A stretch of DNA of 40,764 bases from the NCBI RefSeq assembly GCF_001194135.2, contig NC_068995.1, forward strand, positions 21,116,570 through 21,157,333. Direction: 5' to 3'. The first letter of the stretch is position 1. Each line of letters opens with the position of its first letter. The notes under the pieces were generated by a model. The model was not told the origin of the DNA and did no database searches. It saw nothing but the letters and a program-made list of their open reading frames with translations. The translations under genes were made by a program, and so were the position numbers. The DNA is from Octopus bimaculoides. Taxonomy: Eukaryota. Positions 36,083-40,764 of the stretch are shown in pieces.

Positions 36083-36690
36083 GTATGTACACCCACATAC
36101 ACGTATTCAAGGTTATGTGTTAGTGCGTATATGTTTTTATGTGTTTGCGTGTGTAAATCTATGCAGTATCCTGTATATAATATTTTATGTCTGCTGAGAA
36201 ACAAGAATGAAAATTAAGGAAAACGGGTTAGATGTCAATCACTAATTTGTTTTGACATTTTTATCAGTCTGAATNNNNNNNNNNNNNNNNNNNNNNNNNN
36301 NNNNNNNNNNNNNNNNNNNNNNNNNNNNNNNNNNNNNNNNNNNNNNNNNNNNNNNNNNNNNNNNNNNNNNNNNNNNNNNNNNNNNNNNNNNNNNNNNNNN
36401 NNNNNNNNNNNNNNNNNNNNNNNNNNNNNNNNNNNNNNNNNNNNNNNNNNNNNNNNNNNNNNNNNNNNNNNNNNNNNNNNNNNNNNNNNNNNNNNNNNNN
36501 NNNNNNNNNNNNNNNNNNNNNNNNNNNNNNNNNNNNNNNNNNNNNNNNNNNNNNNNNNNNNNNNNNNNNNNNNNNNNNNNNNNNNNNNNNNNNNNNNNNN
36601 NNNNNNNNNNNNNNNNNNNNNNNNNNNNNNNNNNNNNNNNNNNNNNNNNNNNNNNNNNNNNNNNNNNNNNNNNNNNNNNNNNNNNNNNNN

Positions 36691-36725
<35 letters not shown>

Positions 36726-37702
36726 GTATATATATATATATATACATAGATATATTTATATGTATGCATATATCTACATATATATATTTATATGTATGTA
36801 TATATATACATATATATATATGTATACATGTGTATGTATGTGTATATGTACATAGGTGTGCATATTAATGTATATGAAATACATTCATGAAATTCATACA
36901 CATACTTATAGTACAAAAACATGCATATGATTATATGCATATAGTTGTGTGTGTGCGTCTGTGCGCGTTTGTGGTGGGGGATGTATCAGTTGGAAGCAAT
37001 ATTTATATACATTTGTGAAAGTCGAAGTCTAGGACAACAACATTGTTAATGAGAATCTACAATAGGAAACAAAGAACTGGTGGATAGTACTGCAGCTTGG
37101 TATGAACAATATTCCTTTAAATATTCTCCAGACATATACTGAAGCTATTTAAATAAGTTTAGTTCTATCATACATCGGTGTCAATACTCCAGAATAACTG
37201 AGCAATCATCTTGTTTTTATCTGCGATTAAGATTACTGTGTGCATATAGCGATACCGACAGTAGAACAATGTGTAGGTGGTATGGTAGGAATCGTATCTC
37301 AGATAAATTATCTGCTAGTTGTGATGGGAAAGAACAGAGAGCAAAGCAATTAGCTGAATGCACTTTAAGCACTTTCAGAATTGAAGATAGCTGGAAACGC
37401 TGAGAGTTAATTCACCGAACACGAGAAAAGGAATATTGAAATTTAATATCACTAACGTATTCGATGATTATACTAACCATCTCACTTATCATTCAGCATA
37501 TTGATGATCCGCTTGGAATAGATTATATAGTGATATATTAAACTGATGACTAGGCTTCAGAAATTCACCTTGTGTTAGATTTAATAAAATATTCATATTG
37601 GATTTGTGTATTATATATTTGTTCATCATATAGATATAGATATATATGTATGCGTATGTATGGATGTATGTATGCATGTATGTATGTATGTATGTATGTA
37701 TG

Positions 37703-37754
<52 letters not shown>

Positions 37755-37932
37755 CATGCATGCATGCGTATATTGACATGTATAGATGTGTATTTATATA
37801 CACACATGCACATATATTTTGATGCATATAGCATGCGTGTCTGCGTGCGCAATTTAACGGAAAGCAACGGAAAGCACAATGAAACACTCATGGATAAACA
37901 CTTTTATCGCCTGTAACAATGGGGTCGCTTAC

Positions 37933-38075
37933 CTGGAAAGAGACAGGTTCAATACAGAACAAAACGAAGTCTTGTTTTACGACATCAAGTTCAAAACATA
38001 GAGGCATAAAACTGGGCAGAATAATAAAGACAAACAGCAATGGAGGAATGAAATGATGATAAACATATTTTTCAA
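37933..38075 (-). other. Candidate 143-nt spliced exon (unconfirmed)
   Basis: Acceptor TTTGTTTTTGTTTCCAG| (AG at 38077-38076), donor CCAG|GTAAGC (37932-37927). One frame is open throughout: EKYVYHHFIPPLLFVFIILPSFMPLCFELDVVKQDFVLFCIEPVSFQ. No recognisable homology and no partner exon found. Confidence 0.3.
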
Positions 38076-38694
38076 CTGGAAACAAAAACAAATTTGTTCT
38101 ATCGCAGAAAAAAAACAAAAACAAAAAAAAACTAAAAAATACATTTTCTCTCAAACAAAAGCTGGAATGCAGCGAAATATTGAACCCGTGTGTGAAAGTA
38201 CAATTTCTTGTGTTGGAAGTTGAAGCAGAGAAAATAAGGGACAGGTAAACACATTGTGAGAATGAGGTGAGAAAAGAACGCGAGATAGATGTTTTATGAC
38301 GTTATATATATATATGTATGTATATGTAAGGCAAACAAGGTGTCAGCATTGCTGTGGAAATCAAAGTCGAGAAATCCTCTAAAAAAAAAAACCACCAATC
38401 ATTGGAAATGTAACAAGCACAACAGAAATTGATGTGTGATTGATGTTTTTTCTTTTTTTTTTAGAGGATTCTTTTACTCTGATTTTCACAGTAAAGCTGG
38501 CAACTCGGCGCTCTATTATAATTATAAATTGATAAAGAAATTTTGGATTTACCATTTATCGGCTTTTTGCTTGCCGACCACTTATATTATTATTGTTATT
38601 ATTCATTTTACTAATGATAATAATTAATAATAACATCTATATTAGAGCCAGTCACTGAGGACGAGACTGTTACCCTCCTGTTACCATGGAGGCA

Positions 38695-39005
38695 GGCAAA
38701 TAGATGATATCGTCATCAAAGACCTAATACAGAAAAACATGATATGACGGTACCGATTGATAGAAACATCTCAACAAAAGAATTTGATATCTAGAACGTA
38801 ATATATTGAATAGTGTTGCAGTTGTGGGTGCCCTGAGAATGGTTAAGAACGGTACCGACAGATCCCAGGGTAAACAACAATCTACTAGGTTCAAAAATTC
38901 TGCTGGCATCGACTGCTCACCTTCTCAGGAAAGTCTCTCTCTATCTAATAGATATGTGCTTCAGGTCACTGGTTGAGACCTTACCGGAAGATGAAAAAAA
39001 AAAAA
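38695..39005 (+). mobile_element. RLE-type (R4/Dong-like) LINE endonuclease domain and 3' end, second family
   Basis: Frames join to ANR/DIVIKD...DMTVPIDRNISTKEFD...VVGALRMVKNGT...LASTAHLLRKV, matching R4-clade 'RPDIV..D...IDM.VP.D.NI..KE..K...VVGALG...TAHILRK.L'. Followed by a short UTR and A-rich tail. Confidence 0.8.
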
Positions 39006-39134
39006 GGGAAATCAAACGAAAAATATAACAACTACAACAAAGGCAATAATATAGGCACACACGCATGTGTGTATCGGTATATGCCAGTGTATGCATGAAT
39101 GTATGTATCTCTCACACTCCTCCCCTCTCTGTTG

Positions 39135-39176
<42 letters not shown>

Positions 39177-39603
39177 NNNNNNNNNNNNNNNNNNNNNNNN
39201 NNNNNNNNNNNNNNNNNNNNNNNNNNNNNNNNNNNNNNNNNNNNNNNNNNNNNNNNNNNNNNNNNNNNNNNNNNNNNNNNNNNNNNNNNNNNNNNNNNNN
39301 NNNNNNNNNNNNNNNNNNNNNNNNNNNNNNNNNNNNNNNNNNNNNNNNNNNNNNNNNNNNNNNNNNNNNNNNNNNNNNNNNNNNNNNNNNNNNNNNNNNN
39401 NNNNNNNNNNNNNNNNNNNNNNNNNNNNNNNNNNNNNNNNNNNNNNNNNNNNNNNNNNNNNNNNNNNNNNNNNNNNNNNNNNNNNNNNNNNNNNNNNNNN
39501 NNNNNNNNNNNNNNNNNNNNNNNNNNNNNNNNNNNNNNNNNNNNNNNNNNNNNNNNNNNNNNNNNNNNNNNNNNNNNNNNNNNNNNNNNNNNNNNNNNNN
39601 NNN

Positions 39604-39642
<39 letters not shown>

Positions 39643-40764
39643 GTTATCGTTAATTTGATAACGCATATTGCCTAAATTATCTACGTGTAAATGTCATTTG
39701 AATTCGCCGATACCTCATGAACATATTTTCATCTCACCACTTACGTTGTGTGTTGCTTTAGTGATTACATCTTAGTTCTGTTCAAGTATCTTTTATTTAT
39801 CTTTCGGCTGAAAATCTTTCTACTTGTGTCTTAATTTAGACGCACTTACCACAAATATATTAAAATAAACATTATGTACACTAGACACGTGCATGTAATG
39901 TGGATATATTTACATTTACTTTTATCTCTCCGCTGTTTAGATCCAAATTACGAGATAGTACCTGCCACTAAAGAGGCAAAATCATACCCATAAACCTTAG
40001 CTAGAAATCTGAAGAAGTTATGCAGAGTTCCCTTCGATTTGCTTTTACATAAATTGCAAGAATATTTTCTCCAAAACAAAACCTGAAGTGAATAGCTATC
40101 ATGTTCTGTTGAGAAATAACGCCTTAAAAATGAATATACACACGTTTATATTGAACCCCACTGCTTCGTGTGCTTGTACTGAATTTGTTCCTGCTTGGAA
40201 AGCCTCAGTATAACACAAACAACTATTAATGTGTATTTCTTTCTATCTATAGGAAGAAAAGTGCCGCTTAGATTCAAATGAAGCTCTATGTGGCAAATAC
40301 TTGCGCTGGTGGCTGATATGAAATATAAGTTTCGTAAAACAAATTTGTTCAGAATGAAAAAAAAGCAAGAAAAAAGGCAGAAAATAAATATGTAATCATG
40401 TAAATTATAGTCATGCTATCACATATATATGAACACCCATTCACAAATTTTGATACATTTTCAAGCTCTAGAACAACACTGTTTTTCTTATATACATTTG
40501 TACACACTTACGCATAAAACTCATAAAATCTCACAAATATTATGTAGTTAAATTTGTATATATCCTTTTCTATATTCAAATACAGTGCAAAGTACACCTA
40601 TACACACACACAGAATCATACATATCCTTGCATATATTATTCCAACACTTCTGACACTGGTAAATTATCAAAGGTAAAATCTTATTTATCTTGTTAGATG
40701 CAACGGAACACCACTAAATATCTATCGATGAATCTTTTATCTTCCTCTGAGCAATTCCAGCATT

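Noticed and set aside
39735-39990. Two minus-strand GTAAGT donors as partners for the 37933-38075 exon
   Set aside because: Upstream sequence is AT-rich with weak acceptors; stops in all three frames for the one translated in full.

Overview
AT-rich, microsatellite-dense eukaryotic DNA with eight assembly gaps (about 3.0 kb of N) and no host gene I can confidently support. Almost every ORF in the supplied track is translated simple repeat or N-run. The interspersed repeats look to me like Octopus (coleoid cephalopod) SINEs; this is recognition from memory, not a database result. What the window does contain is mobile-element debris: three tRNA-derived SINE families (working names A, B, C), two different Penelope-like elements (PLEs), two families of restriction-like-endonuclease (R4/Dong-like) LINE 3' ends, an L1/Tx1-type RT fragment with YADD, a mariner derivative and a small TA-flanked MITE-like element. 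Most notable: (1) a tRNA-like head followed by a collapsed hammerhead-ribozyme core directly 3' of a PLE GIY-YIG ORF; (2) several independent fold-back or templated-inversion structures; (3) RLE-LINE ends sitting in (TACA)n tracts; (4) a B-head/A-tail chimeric SINE; (5) one minus-strand candidate exon whose donor also fits a recursive-splice motif. All identities and translations were done by hand and need computational confirmation.
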